DNA of 64,000 nucleotides. Source: Lactobacillaceae bacterium. Lineage in GTDB: Bacteria > Pseudomonadota > Alphaproteobacteria > RF32 > CAG-239. Position numbers and translations under genes: made by a program. Position 1 is the stretch's first letter, and each line of letters starts with the position of its first letter. The notes under the pieces are model-generated. The model had not been told where the DNA came from, ran no database searches, and saw only the letters and a list, made by a program, of their open reading frames with translations. Of this stretch, positions 18,723 through 28,800 are shown one piece after another. The stretch covers positions 167,374 through 231,373 of the forward strand of contig JAISVX010000003.1 of NCBI GenBank assembly GCA_031271345.1, read 5' to 3'.

Positions 18723-18908
18723 TTTTATTTCCTTAGTTTAATTAACACTAGGAGGGATACTAATTTACTTTTGGCAATAATGCAAAACACAAAAGATTTA
18801 TATTTGTTACAATTGTTTATTATATAAAAAACAGAATTTTGTTGATTTTGTGGCGGTTATTGGTATATTTAGTAATATTTTAATAATAAGCAAAGGACTA
18901 TCAAAGTT

Positions 18909-19709
18909 ATGAAATCTTTTAAAGTATTATCAATTATGTTAATTCCTATGGCATTGCAGGCTTGTGCGCATGAATCTGCTTCAGTTGTAAACGCAGGTTC
19001 TAGTCATGCCGTGGTTGAGGAAAATTATGATAAATTTGAAGGGTTTAACAGATTTTCTTTTGAGGTTAATAATCAGCTTGATAATTATGTTTTAAGACCT
19101 TTAGCCAAAGGATATAGAGCGGTTACGACCCAGTATATCAGAGATAGAGTAAATTTGGCTCTGGCAAACCTAAAAGAGCCTATGTCTTCCGTTAACAATA
19201 TTCTGCAGGGCGAGTTTGCCTCAGGCTTAAAGAATATCGGTCGTTTTGCGATTAACTCAACTCTTGGTCTGGCTGGTATGTACGATGTTGCCGGCGGCGG
19301 GTTTGGGTTGGAGCCTCATCCCTCAAACTTTGATATGACTTTGGCAAACTGGTGCGTTAAAGACGGTCCGTTTATTGTGCTTCCGATTATAGGACCGACA
19401 ACGCCTCGAGCTATTTTGGGCGATGCATTTGACGGGCTTGGAAATCCTGTGGTCGTTGCTACATATAATGACGCTAATACCAGAGATAAAATTTTATACC
19501 CATATTTCGCGCTGTCTGCGGTTGCCGCAAGAGAAACGAATATGGAGATGCTTGACGACGTTAAAAAAAGCTCAGTTGATTTTTATGCGACGGTACGCTC
19601 GGCATTTTTACAAAACCGAAAGCAAATCAATAAATGCGGTGTAAATACGGAAACAGAAAGCCAAACGCTTGACTATGATTTTGACTTTGATATGGATGAA
19701 GAAGATTAA
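18909..19709 (+). CDS. mlaA: MlaA/VacJ outer-membrane lipoprotein
   Basis: Lipobox ALQAC. MlaA core FNRFSFEVNNQLDNYVLRPLAKGYRAV...INSTLGLAGMYDVA. Acidic C-terminal tail. Confidence 0.8.
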   Translation: MKSFKVLSIMLIPMALQACAHESASVVNAGSSHAVVEENYDKFEGFNRFSFEVNNQLDNYVLRPLAKGYRAVTTQYIRDRVNLALANLKEPMSSVNNILQGEFASGLKNIGRFAINSTLGLAGMYDVAGGGFGLEPHPSNFDMTLANWCVKDGPFIVLPIIGPTTPRAILGDAFDGLGNPVVVATYNDANTRDKILYPYFALSAVAARETNMEMLDDVKKSSVDFYATVRSAFLQNRKQINKCGVNTETESQTLDYDFDFDMDEED

Positions 19710-19730
19710 TTATAAATCTGGAGAAAATTT

Positions 19731-20336
19731 ATGAAAAAAATATTTATTGCGGTTTTGAGTTTTTTTATGCTCCTCAGCAATGTTTCTAATGCTGCCATTG
19801 ATGAAATAAAAGCAACAGATTTTGTAAAGAAGGTTGTCAAAGAAGGAATTGAGGAAATAATTGACTCAAATGTATCACAAAAAGAAAAAGTTGATAGATT
19901 TAGAACTTTGTTTAACAAGGATTTGGATTTGGACTTCATCGGAAAGTTTGTTTTAGGACGCTACTGGAGAACTTCAACTCCAGAGCAGAGAGACGCGTTT
20001 ATTGCGGCTTACAGAGAGCTTAATGTTAAAACCTGGTCGGGAAGATTTGATGATTTTACCGGCAAAGATTTTGTATTTCATGGTACAACTCCGTCAAACA
20101 ACGCCGACCAGCTTTTTGTAAATTCTTCAGTAGACATGGGGCAGGGACAGCAGCCAGCCAAAGTTATCTGGAGAGTTAAACAAAATGATGATAGTTTTAA
20201 GGTTGTAGATATAATTATCGAAAACGTAAGCTTGGCGATTACCGCAAGAAACGAATATGCGGCTTTTATTAAGAAAGCGCCCGGCGGCGTCGATGATTTG
20301 ATTAAGAATTTGCAGGCTAAAACAAAAGATAATTGA
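19731..20336 (+). CDS. mlaC: MlaC/Ttg2D-like periplasmic phospholipid-binding protein
   Basis: Signal peptide, ~200 aa, and adjacency to mlaA. Similarity to MlaC is moderate. Confidence 0.6.
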   Translation: MKKIFIAVLSFFMLLSNVSNAAIDEIKATDFVKKVVKEGIEEIIDSNVSQKEKVDRFRTLFNKDLDLDFIGKFVLGRYWRTSTPEQRDAFIAAYRELNVKTWSGRFDDFTGKDFVFHGTTPSNNADQLFVNSSVDMGQGQQPAKVIWRVKQNDDSFKVVDIIIENVSLAITARNEYAAFIKKAPGGVDDLIKNLQAKTKDN

Positions 20337-20626
20337 GATACTGCATCCTAAATCCTGTCGAAATAAAGAGGGGTGTTTTGGAAAAATCACCAGTGAAATT
20401 TATGTGGCACTACTTAAAACTGTTTAAATGGTATACCTTTGGTATTGCGGTAATGGTTTTTATAAATATTCTTGCCAGCAGGATTTTTCCTTTGTTTCTG
20501 GCAAAAGTCTACGATGCTATAACAAGATCCGACATAGACTGGCAGAGCATATATGTTCTGCTGATACTGGCTGTTGTGGCAAATTTTACAAGTTATACAA
20601 TATGCAGTCGGAAGGAATGCTGCTGA
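20333..20626 (+). pseudogene. Truncated N-terminal fragment of an ABC exporter (MsbA-like TMD start)
   Basis: MWHYLKLFKWYTFGIAVMVFINILASRIFPLFLAKVYDAI resembles the opening TM helix of ABC exporters. It ends after 97 aa, then a terminator hairpin follows at 20633-20660. No ATPase domain is downstream. Confidence 0.4.
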
Positions 20627-20661
20627 TAAAATAAAAAGGAGAGATAATTCTCTCCTTTTTG

Positions 20662-21216
20662 TTATCTGCCTTTTGTTTGCTTTACATAAGCTATTTCAGA
20701 ATGTTCGTCGCAATATGTGTGTCCAATTCTGACTTTTTTGCCGCAGAAGTGAAACTTCTCGTCTTTAGGGTCCCCGATTGGCCAGCGGCAGGTGTGCATA
20801 TCTAAATCAGTCAGTCTTATAATTCCATCGTCAGTTTTTACCTGCTCTGGTTCTTTTTTGGAGTGTTTGACTTCTTTTGTCTCTTCAATAACTTCATTTG
20901 CCTCTTTAGGAGCTTTTTCTTTCTTTGTTTCTTTTTTGGGAGCTTTTGGGGCTTCTGCTTTTTCTTCCTTTAGAACTTCAATTTTAGCTTCTGCCTTTTC
21001 TTTTTTTGGTGTTTTATGTTCTTTAGGAGTTTCTGCCTGACCTTCAACAGGCGTTTTTTTCTTAATGGGAGAAGGACGTCCGGAAAGACCCAGGCGGTGT
21101 ACTTTGCCGACAATCGAATTTTTTGACACGCTAAGTCTTTTTGCTATTTCGCCGGTAGTAAGCCCTTCCGCCCACATTTTACGTAAGTCAGCAACCATTT
21201 CATCGGTCCACGCCAT
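20662..21216 (-). CDS. gcrA: Cell-cycle regulator GcrA
   Basis: GcrA N-terminus MAWTDEMVADLRKMWAEGLTTGEIAKRLSVSKNSIVGKVHRLGL, conserved C-terminus (CRWPIGDP...FHFCG), and a K/E-rich linker. Confidence 0.85.
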   Translation of the reverse strand: MAWTDEMVADLRKMWAEGLTTGEIAKRLSVSKNSIVGKVHRLGLSGRPSPIKKKTPVEGQAETPKEHKTPKKEKAEAKIEVLKEEKAEAPKAPKKETKKEKAPKEANEVIEETKEVKHSKKEPEQVKTDDGIIRLTDLDMHTCRWPIGDPKDEKFHFCGKKVRIGHTYCDEHSEIAYVKQTKGR

Positions 21217-21354
21217 ATTAAAAATCTCCTCATATTTTAAAAACTTTAGCCAATACTATTTCAATATTTTTAACGAGTCTAGTAAAATTATCATAAATAT
21301 AAAAAAATGCCCAATTTTTAAGATTGAGCATTTTTTATATGTAATTTAATTTGC

Positions 21355-21729
21355 TTATTCGGCTTTATCTGGTTCTGCAATACCGTCTTTTAAATCCATC
21401 ATTTTTTGGTGAAATGCGACAAACTCTTTTTTTGTAACAACTCCATCAGCATTTTTATCCATTATGTCGAATAAGTTCTCAGCAGCGTCTATCTGAGCTT
21501 TTATTCTTTCATATTCAACATAAGGGTCGACATTTGGCTCATGGGTTATCAGCTCAATCGGCTGAAAATCATCTGCTGTTTCAGCTTCAGTGGGCGTAGT
21601 ATTGAGATATATTATAGGTTCGCCGACAGGCATTATATGCACCATATTTTCCTCGCCGTCCACAGCAAATGCGTCGGCGGCATAAACAATGCCGAGAGCT
21701 ATCAAAACCAAGCTTAACAATTTTCTCAT
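21355..21729 (-). CDS. Secreted EF-hand calcium-binding-motif protein
   Basis: Signal peptide MRKLLSLVLIALGIVYAADA. Canonical EF-hand loop DKNADGVVTKKEF. Confidence 0.55.
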   Translation of the reverse strand: MRKLLSLVLIALGIVYAADAFAVDGEENMVHIMPVGEPIIYLNTTPTEAETADDFQPIELITHEPNVDPYVEYERIKAQIDAAENLFDIMDKNADGVVTKKEFVAFHQKMMDLKDGIAEPDKAE

Positions 21730-21749
21730 ATAAGTTCTCCAAACAAAAA

Positions 21750-21778
21750 CAAAACCTCTATTATTATAATAGAGGTTT
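21750..21778 (-). terminator. Rho-independent terminator downstream of adhE
   Basis: AAAACCTCTATTAT/ATAATAGAGGTTTT hairpin. Confidence 0.65.
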
Positions 21779-21786
21779 TAGATTAA

Positions 21787-24459
21787 TTATAGGTTAAAGT
21801 CGGTTATACCATCATAAGCATAGCGGTATAACTGCTCTATTTCCGCAATCAGCGGGTAGCGCGGATTGGCGCTGGTGCATTGGTCGTCAAAAGCAAGAGC
21901 TGCCAAACCTTCTTTTAAAGCCTGTTCAAAGTCTTCTTTTGCAACGCCAAAGTCTTTTATTGATTTTGGAACGCCGATTTCTTCTTTAAGTTTTTCTATG
22001 GCCTTTATTAAATTGCCGACTTTCTCGTCATCATTTTTGCCGCCAAATCCCATATAATCGGAAACGCTTGCATATTTTGCCTTAACATTAGGGAACTTAT
22101 ATTGCGGGAAAGCAGCCTGTTTTACTGGAACATCAGTGGCGTTATAACGAATAACCTGGCTGATTAACAGGGCGTTTGCCCAGCCGTGCGGAATGTGAAA
22201 TCTGTTGCCCAATTTGTGCGCCATAGAGTGGCAGACGCCGAGAAAAGCATTGGCGAAAGCCATGCCGGCTATTGTCGCGGCATGATGAACTTTTTCTTTT
22301 GCTTCAAAATCTTCTCCGCCGTTTTTATAAGAACGCGGCAGGTAGTTAAAAACTAGTTTAGCCGCTTCCAATGACTGTCCGTGGGTAAAATCGCTGGACA
22401 TAACCGATACATAAGATTCTAAAGCGTGAGTCATAATATCGATGCCGGAAGCGGAGGTTAAGCCTTTTGGCATTGTAAGCACCAGGTTTGTATCGACAAT
22501 TGCCATATCAGGGGTCAGCGCATAGTCTGCAATCGCATATTTTGTACCGGTCGCATTATCTGTGATAATAGAAAAAGGAGTGACCTCGGAACCTGTGCCG
22601 GAAGTCGTCGGGATAGCTGCCATTTTGGCTTTTTTTCCAAGCTTGGGAAACTCGAAAATTCTTTTTCTAATATCCATAAAGCGCATTGCAAGGTCTTCAA
22701 ATTTAAGTTCTGGATGTTCGTACATCAGCCATATAACTTTTGCCGCATCCATTGGCGAGCCGCCGCCTAAAGCGATGATAACATCCGGATTGAAGCCGTT
22801 GACCACTTTCATCGCGCGGTTAACGGTGTCCAAGTCAGGATCAGGGTTTACATCCGAAAAGATTTGATACTGAACGCCAATATCATCAAGAACTTTAGTA
22901 ACTTTGTCGGTCAGACCTAAATCAAACAAAGGTTTATCAGTAATGATAAACGCGCGTTTTCTATCGGCAAGTTCTCTTAGCGCATACTCGGTCGAACCAG
23001 CTTTGAAATAAATATTTGACGGAACTTTATACCACAACATGTTTTCTTCTTTCATAGCAACAGTTTTAATGTTTATAAGATGTTTAATACCAACGTTTTC
23101 ACTGACGGAATTTCCTCCCCACGAACCGCATCCAAGTGTTAAGGACGGGTCTGTTTTGAAATTATATAAATCGCCGATTGCTCCTTGAGAAGCGGGGGTG
23201 TTGATTAATATGCGCCCGGTATTCATAACTTTTCCGAAAAAGCTTATTCTGTCTTTGTTGGCGTTGTTGGTATAAAGAACGGAAGTATGTCCGTTGCCGC
23301 CAAAAGAAACCAGTTGTTTTGCTTTGTTTACGGCATCGGAAAAATCATTTGCTTCATACAGCCCCAGAATTGGTGAAAGCTTTTCTTCGGATAAAGGCTC
23401 AGAATGTCCGATTTCTTTTAGCTCCGCCATAAGAACTTTTGCTTTTTCATTTACCTTAAAACCCGCCATGCCGGCGATTTTATATGCGGATTGACCGACA
23501 ATGTCGGCGTTTAATTTGCCGTCCTTGAATGCCGTATGCTCAAGTTTTTCTTTTTCTACGATATTTGTAATATATGCTCCGCGTTTTAAGAACTCCTCTT
23601 TTACTTTTTTATATGCTGATTGAACGCAGACCACAGACTGTTCGGAAGCGCAGATAACGCCGTTGTCAAAAGTTTTGCTTAAAAGAATTGAGCTTACGGC
23701 TTCTTCAATATCGGCGGTTTCATCAATGACTACAGGCGTATTCCCAGCACCCACGCCCAAAGCCGGTTTGCCGGAGCTGTATGCGGCTTTAACCATTCCC
23801 GGACCGCCGGTCGCGAGAATAACGTCAACTTTTGGGTGTTTCATTAAAAGCCCGGACATGGTTATTGTCGGGTTTTCTATCCATCCGATAATATTTTCAG
23901 GCGCTCCGGCTTTTACAGCCTCCTCAAGCATGATTTTTACTGTCTCAACGGTAGATTTCTTTGCGCGCGGGTGAGGCGAGAAGATGATGGCGTTTCTGGT
24001 TTTTAAGGCTATTAATGTTTTGAATATTGCGGTGGATGTCGGGTTTGTAGTTGGAACAACACCGGCAATAACGCCGAGAGGAGAGGCGACTTTAAGAATT
24101 TTTCTTTCAAAATCTTCATAAATAATATCGCAGGTTTTTTCATTTTTATATTTGTTATAGACATATTCGGAAGCAAAATGGTTTTTAATTACTTTGTCTT
24201 CAACAATTCCCATTCCTGTTTCTTCCACCGCCATTTGCGCAAGAGGAATACGAAAAGTACTTATTCTAAGAGCGACTTTTCTAAAAATTTCATCAACTTT
24301 TTCTTGAGGAAACGCTGCGAACTCTTTTTGCGCGTCGCTCACTTTTTCTACCAGCTCGTCAATATACTTAACTTCATCAAAAGCTTCTATATCATCGTCG
24401 TTTTTTACTATCACTTTTATCTCCATGTTTAAAAATCTATTTATCTTAATATTTGTCAT
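21787..24459 (-). CDS. adhE: Bifunctional acetaldehyde-CoA / alcohol dehydrogenase AdhE
   Basis: Collinear with E. coli AdhE throughout (GMGIVEDKVIKNHFASEY; VPTTNPTSTAIFK; GSWGGNSVSENVG; Fe-ADH motif GGGSPMDAAK; HSMAHKLG). The start may be the internal GTG preceded by GGAGA. Confidence 0.9.
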   Translation of the reverse strand: MTNIKINRFLNMEIKVIVKNDDDIEAFDEVKYIDELVEKVSDAQKEFAAFPQEKVDEIFRKVALRISTFRIPLAQMAVEETGMGIVEDKVIKNHFASEYVYNKYKNEKTCDIIYEDFERKILKVASPLGVIAGVVPTTNPTSTAIFKTLIALKTRNAIIFSPHPRAKKSTVETVKIMLEEAVKAGAPENIIGWIENPTITMSGLLMKHPKVDVILATGGPGMVKAAYSSGKPALGVGAGNTPVVIDETADIEEAVSSILLSKTFDNGVICASEQSVVCVQSAYKKVKEEFLKRGAYITNIVEKEKLEHTAFKDGKLNADIVGQSAYKIAGMAGFKVNEKAKVLMAELKEIGHSEPLSEEKLSPILGLYEANDFSDAVNKAKQLVSFGGNGHTSVLYTNNANKDRISFFGKVMNTGRILINTPASQGAIGDLYNFKTDPSLTLGCGSWGGNSVSENVGIKHLINIKTVAMKEENMLWYKVPSNIYFKAGSTEYALRELADRKRAFIITDKPLFDLGLTDKVTKVLDDIGVQYQIFSDVNPDPDLDTVNRAMKVVNGFNPDVIIALGGGSPMDAAKVIWLMYEHPELKFEDLAMRFMDIRKRIFEFPKLGKKAKMAAIPTTSGTGSEVTPFSIITDNATGTKYAIADYALTPDMAIVDTNLVLTMPKGLTSASGIDIMTHALESYVSVMSSDFTHGQSLEAAKLVFNYLPRSYKNGGEDFEAKEKVHHAATIAGMAFANAFLGVCHSMAHKLGNRFHIPHGWANALLISQVIRYNATDVPVKQAAFPQYKFPNVKAKYASVSDYMGFGGKNDDEKVGNLIKAIEKLKEEIGVPKSIKDFGVAKEDFEQALKEGLAALAFDDQCTSANPRYPLIAEIEQLYRYAYDGITDFNL

Positions 24460-24622
24460 AAAATTAGAAATAATTCAATAGTGATTTTTTTCACGATTTG
24501 TTACGTGTTGTAACAAAAGCTTCTGTTTTAGTCAGAAATATCACGGTTGAAAGAAGTTTATAATTGTAAAAGACTTTTCAGCGCATATATAAATGATAAG
24601 AAACTATAGAAGAGAGATAAAC

Positions 24623-25762
24623 ATGAAAAGGCTGTTGTCAATTTTTAAAAAGGCGGGCGATAATTCGCTTCCTTTGATATTGGGCATTGTTTTAGCGCTT
24701 GTTTGGGCGAATATGGATTACGATGGATACACAGCTTTTTGGCACAATAAAATATTTGGCGTCGTTGATTTGCATTTTCTGGTTAATGATATTTTCATGG
24801 TGTTTTTCTTTGCTTTGGCAGGGGTTGAAATTGTCAGAGCCTTATCGCCGAACGGAAGTTTGTATCCAATGAAAAACGCGGTATCAAACTTGTTTGCGAC
24901 GGCGGGGGGCGTTATTGTACCCGCCGCTGTATTCTTTTTGCTTATATACTTTTTTGGTCATCCAAAATACAGCCACGGCTGGGCAATTCCCACGGCGACG
25001 GATATTGCCATATCTTTACTGTTTGCGCGTATTGTTTTTGGGGAAAAGCACCCGGTCGTAGTGTTCTTGATTATGCTTGCGGTTTTAGATGACGCCATAG
25101 GTCTGGCTATTATTGCGGTTTTTTATCCAGACCCTTCATCGCCGGTGAGGCTGGTTTTTTTCTGTTTTGTGTTGGCGGCAATGCTTTTGGCTTTTATCTT
25201 TAACAGAATGAAAATAAAGCCGTATCTGCCGTATATATTAATTCCCGGCATTATTTCATGGTTTGGCATGTATAAAGCCAATCTGCACCCTTCTTTGGCT
25301 CTTATCTTTATTTTGCCGTTCATTCCAAACAAGAAAGTTTTGCCGTCTGATAAAACTTCTCTGGATAAATTTGAGCATAACTGGAAGTATTTTGTTAGTT
25401 TTGGGCTGGTTTTCTTTGGGCTGGCAAATGCTGGAGTTGAGCTGACAAAGGTTTCCGACTTGGCGATAATTGTTTTCTTATCATTACTGTTTGGCAAAAC
25501 AATCGGTATTTTAGGTTTTGCAAAATTAGCGGGTTTGCTGCGCTTCCCGGTACCTGCTGGGATTAAAACTTCGGAGCTTTTTATTATGAGCTTAATTGCC
25601 TCGGTCGGTCTTACCGTGTCGTTGTTTATATCAAGCATCGCTTATGTTGACTCGGAGCTTCAGGATGCCGCAAAAATGGGGGCATTGTTTAGTTTGCTCA
25701 ACGGGTTTACAGCCGTGATTGCCGCGAAGGTCTTGCTAAGAAAAAAGCCGGCTAAAGAATAG
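24623..25762 (+). CDS. nhaA: Na+/H+ antiporter NhaA
   Basis: ~12-TM protein with NhaA-typical blocks (LAVLDDAIGLAIIAVFY; discontinuous-helix region). The start was chosen at the Met preceded by AGAGA; the ORF track starts at 24593. Confidence 0.8.
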   Translation: MKRLLSIFKKAGDNSLPLILGIVLALVWANMDYDGYTAFWHNKIFGVVDLHFLVNDIFMVFFFALAGVEIVRALSPNGSLYPMKNAVSNLFATAGGVIVPAAVFFLLIYFFGHPKYSHGWAIPTATDIAISLLFARIVFGEKHPVVVFLIMLAVLDDAIGLAIIAVFYPDPSSPVRLVFFCFVLAAMLLAFIFNRMKIKPYLPYILIPGIISWFGMYKANLHPSLALIFILPFIPNKKVLPSDKTSLDKFEHNWKYFVSFGLVFFGLANAGVELTKVSDLAIIVFLSLLFGKTIGILGFAKLAGLLRFPVPAGIKTSELFIMSLIASVGLTVSLFISSIAYVDSELQDAAKMGALFSLLNGFTAVIAAKVLLRKKPAKE

Positions 25763-25825
25763 GGGATTTAAAAAGACAAAACCCCTCGGGTTATGAGAGG
25801 TTTTTATCTAAACACTTTTTAGAAA

Positions 25826-28800
25826 CTAAAATTTGTATTCAACACCGGCTTTAATTTCATAAGAACCGTCCCTCTCAATAATTTTACCCGCTTCGGTAAA
25901 CAGGTTAAGAGATTTGAAGTAATAATCTAATCTGCCTGATATTAGACCTCTGGATTTATCGCTTTCATAGCCCTTCATGTTATAATAGCCCGGCATGCCG
26001 AACATTGTCGCGTTTGAATTGCCGTAAGTATCGCCAAATTCTTGATAGAAAGTGCCGCCAATACGAACTTTTACAGAATTAAAATCGTCAATCTCAAAAG
26101 TTTTCTTCGCATATAAACCAAGCCCGCCTTCAACAGACAAGCTGTTGGAAGATTTAACGGTCAACTGCTGCTTTTCTTTGGTTTTTGTTTGGTATACGCC
26201 CAGAACATTAAACTCTGCCGTTGGTTCAAGCGTGAAGAAACCTAAATCAATGTCTTTTCTTACTTCGTTGGTAACTCCGTAGTAATAATTTTTTGTATCC
26301 GCTTTATAAATATTGCCGGAAACAACTCTGCGGTAATCGCCCCATCCGAGACCAACTCTTGGCATAGATACAAAAGCGATTGTATCTGTTTGATATTTTA
26401 ACGGCGCCAATATGTGGACTAAAGTGTCGTCTCTTTTCGAAGAATTGTCATATTCGCTGTTTAATTGGGTTATTGTGAAACCCGCGCCATAACTGAAATT
26501 GTTGTTATATCTCTTTTGAACCAATCCATAAACAGAATGCGCGTCTTCTTCATAACCCTCAACCGCTCCAGACGCTTCCTGGTCTTTTTGTATGAAGTCA
26601 TAGCCCATCATCGCAACAACTTCGCGAGGGTCGTTATTTGCAAATACGCTGTTGTTAACCTGACGGTTTAAGCTCTTAACAGCTTCAAGATTCTGTCTTG
26701 CAAAACTTGGGAAGAAGTCTAAGCCAAGAAAGTTGTTCACCGCTTTTGTCAAACCGTTTTGATTGTTTGCATTTTTTACTGCATTAAACAGAGTTAACGC
26801 ATTTTGCGCTTTTTTGCTCTCAGTCTCTCCTGACGCGTTATACAAGTCGTAGGCATTATTTAAGTATTTAGCCAGATATTTGTCGGAAACAACTTCGTCA
26901 AACTCTTTCATAGTCATTACAACATCTTTGTTTCCGTCTCTGTTTTCTACCAGTTCCGCGTTGAACATGTAAGAATTTGAAAGCAGTTCTAATTCTGAGC
27001 TGTCGCCGATAAACGCGTTTTCGCTGACAAAAGATTTGTTAAAGCTGTCCGTTGTAATATTAGAGCCGGCATAAACTATGCCTGATATTTCTGGAGCTTC
27101 GTATTTTCCGTCTTTCTCAACAACAATTTTTCCGCCTTTCAAAGTCCAGTCATTAAAGTTAATCGCTGTTGAAGATATGGTTATGCCGCCGCTTCCGGTA
27201 ACAAACTCTGCGTTGTCGCCAATAGAAATATAAGAGGATGCGTTACAATCGTCATCGCTGCAGCTGTTAGTTCCGATTTTTATTGTGCCGTCATTATAAA
27301 CATAAGATGTGTCTGTTGTGGTTCCTACCGCATAGATACCGTTGCCGCTGCCGGTTATATTGATAATACCAGTCGCGGCATTATACACTAATGCGCCGTT
27401 TAAGGCAATTATGCCGGCGCTGGCGGTGTTATTGGATGTTATATTAATAGTGCCTCTATTTACGGCTTTTGAATCTGCGCCGGTAGCATACATGCCATAA
27501 GCTTTTACGGTGTTAGTCGTACTGGAAATGTTTATTGTCGCTCCAACATCGTTTACAATTGCCGCGCCTCCGGTTGTAAACATGCCTATTAGAGAAGTAT
27601 TTGCGGTAGTGCCGCTTAAGGAAATTGTTCCTCTGTTATATGCCTTGCTGTCCGTTCCGGTAACCGCCATTCCATAAGTATCAGCGGCTGCGGTTGTTAC
27701 GGTTATTTTACCATTAGCCATATTTATCAGTTCCGCGCCGTCAACGCCATACATGCCGTATCCGCCCAGCATTCCAATTGAACCGCTGTTTACCGCCTGC
27801 GTGCCTTCGCCTTCCACATACATTCCAGAGCCGGACTGGGCGAGTTTTATAACGCCGCTGCTTAAGTTTGTAATTTTTGCGCCGTCAATAGCGACCATAC
27901 CATAACCTAGCCCTGCGCTGATATTGATTTTTCCGGCGTTTTCTGCCGAGCTTTCTCCAGAGAAAGCAGTCATACCAGTAGCCACGGCATCAATCGTGCC
28001 GTTTGTACCGTTTGTGACCTTGCCGCCCAATGTAGCCTGCATGCCGGAGGTTGTTATATAATCGTCAACGCTTCCGCCGGATATGGTAATTTGACTGTTG
28101 TTTACAGCCGTGCCGCTATTTGAAGTCTGCATGCCTATACCCTGGGATATTTTAATGGTTCCGCCTGATGAATTGGTAACAGTGCCGCCGGATGTCATCA
28201 TTCCAAATGCGTCAACACCTCCGACATATTCTATTGTTCCAGAGTTAAAACCTTCACCGTTTTCAGTATATACGCCGATTGTTCCGTTTCCAGTCAGATT
28301 TATATTTCCCATATTATAGGCTTTACCTTCATTTGCCATCATTCCATAGCTGTCCGCGCCGACAACGTTTAGCTTTCCAGAACTGGTGTTCATTACAACG
28401 CCTGTAGCTCCAGATACGCCCAATCCGACAGAGTTGATTTTGTTAATGTTTATTGTGCCGTTGTTTACGCCTTGTCCGCCATTGGCAAAGACGCCAAAGC
28501 TTTCCTGATCGTTTAATTCAATGGTTCCGTCGTTTCTTGCCGTACCTTCGGTAGTATACATGCCGTAAGAAGCAGGATCCATATCGGAGCCGGTAATGCT
28601 GATTGTAACGCCGGCGGAGTTTACGGATGAACTTCCTGCATTTCCATCAATTCCTATGCCGCCGTTGCTAAGCATTATGCCGGCTTTGTTAAGAATTGTT
28701 CCAGAGCCGGTTGCGGTAATGCCGTATCCGAAGAAACCGCTTATGGTTATGGCTGCATTGTTGGTTATTGAGCCGTTTTCGGCAGAAATGCCCGTGCCAT

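Noticed and set aside
25123-25638. 171-aa minus-strand ORF inside nhaA
   Set aside because: Antisense to a well-supported NhaA gene, with no motifs, so spurious. The same applies to the antisense ORFs inside adhE, the autotransporter, recJ, the DUF502 gene (16805-17311) and the 7TM gene (38377-38832).
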